Shown here: positions 26,644-26,645 of the stretch, one piece after another
How the letters are laid out: each line of letters starts with the position of its first letter
How positions within the stretch are numbered: position 1 is the stretch's first letter
Origin: a virus
Taxonomy: Duplodnaviria > Caudoviricetes
IMG/VR virus record: IMGVR_UViG_3300042987_000420
Span: 1-26,645 of that record
DNA: 26,645 bases
Reading direction: 5' to 3' (one strand)
Program-made: the position numbers and the translations under genes
The notes under the pieces: generated by a model
Told to the model about the DNA's origin: nothing
Seen by the model: only the letters and a program-made list of their open reading frames with translations
The model's database searches: none

Positions 26644-26645
26644 TC

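Noticed and set aside
1-26645. Alternative genetic code, tRNAs, integrase, introns or inteins
   Set aside because: All three stop codons end genes cleanly and coding density is high under the standard code. No such elements were recognised by eye.

Overview
The whole window is the + strand virion-morphogenesis and lysis operon of a tailed dsDNA phage (Caudoviricetes). Gene order: 3' part of terminase large subunit, portal, a block of probable internal/ejection proteins (including a Lys/Ala-rich LysM protein and a 1641-aa protein), a structured leader, scaffold, major capsid protein, eight tightly coupled small ORFs, adaptor, tail fibre/receptor-binding modules, holin-holin-endolysin, a 638-aa tail protein, a stand-alone peptidoglycan-binding domain and a terminal hairpin. 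No tape measure, tail tube, sheath or prohead protease is recognisable, so a podovirus-like particle is inferred. The lysis cassette, with no recognisable spanins, suggests a Gram-positive, probably actinobacterial host; this is inference. Six real-looking genes fall below the ORF-track cutoff and were read by hand. The best leads are a pseudoknot-capable leader upstream of scaffold/capsid, a set of very basic mini-proteins including a 16-aa Lys/Cys peptide, a shared N-terminal tag on two internal proteins, and an apparently split endolysin. All functional calls come from motif recognition and synteny; no database searches were run.
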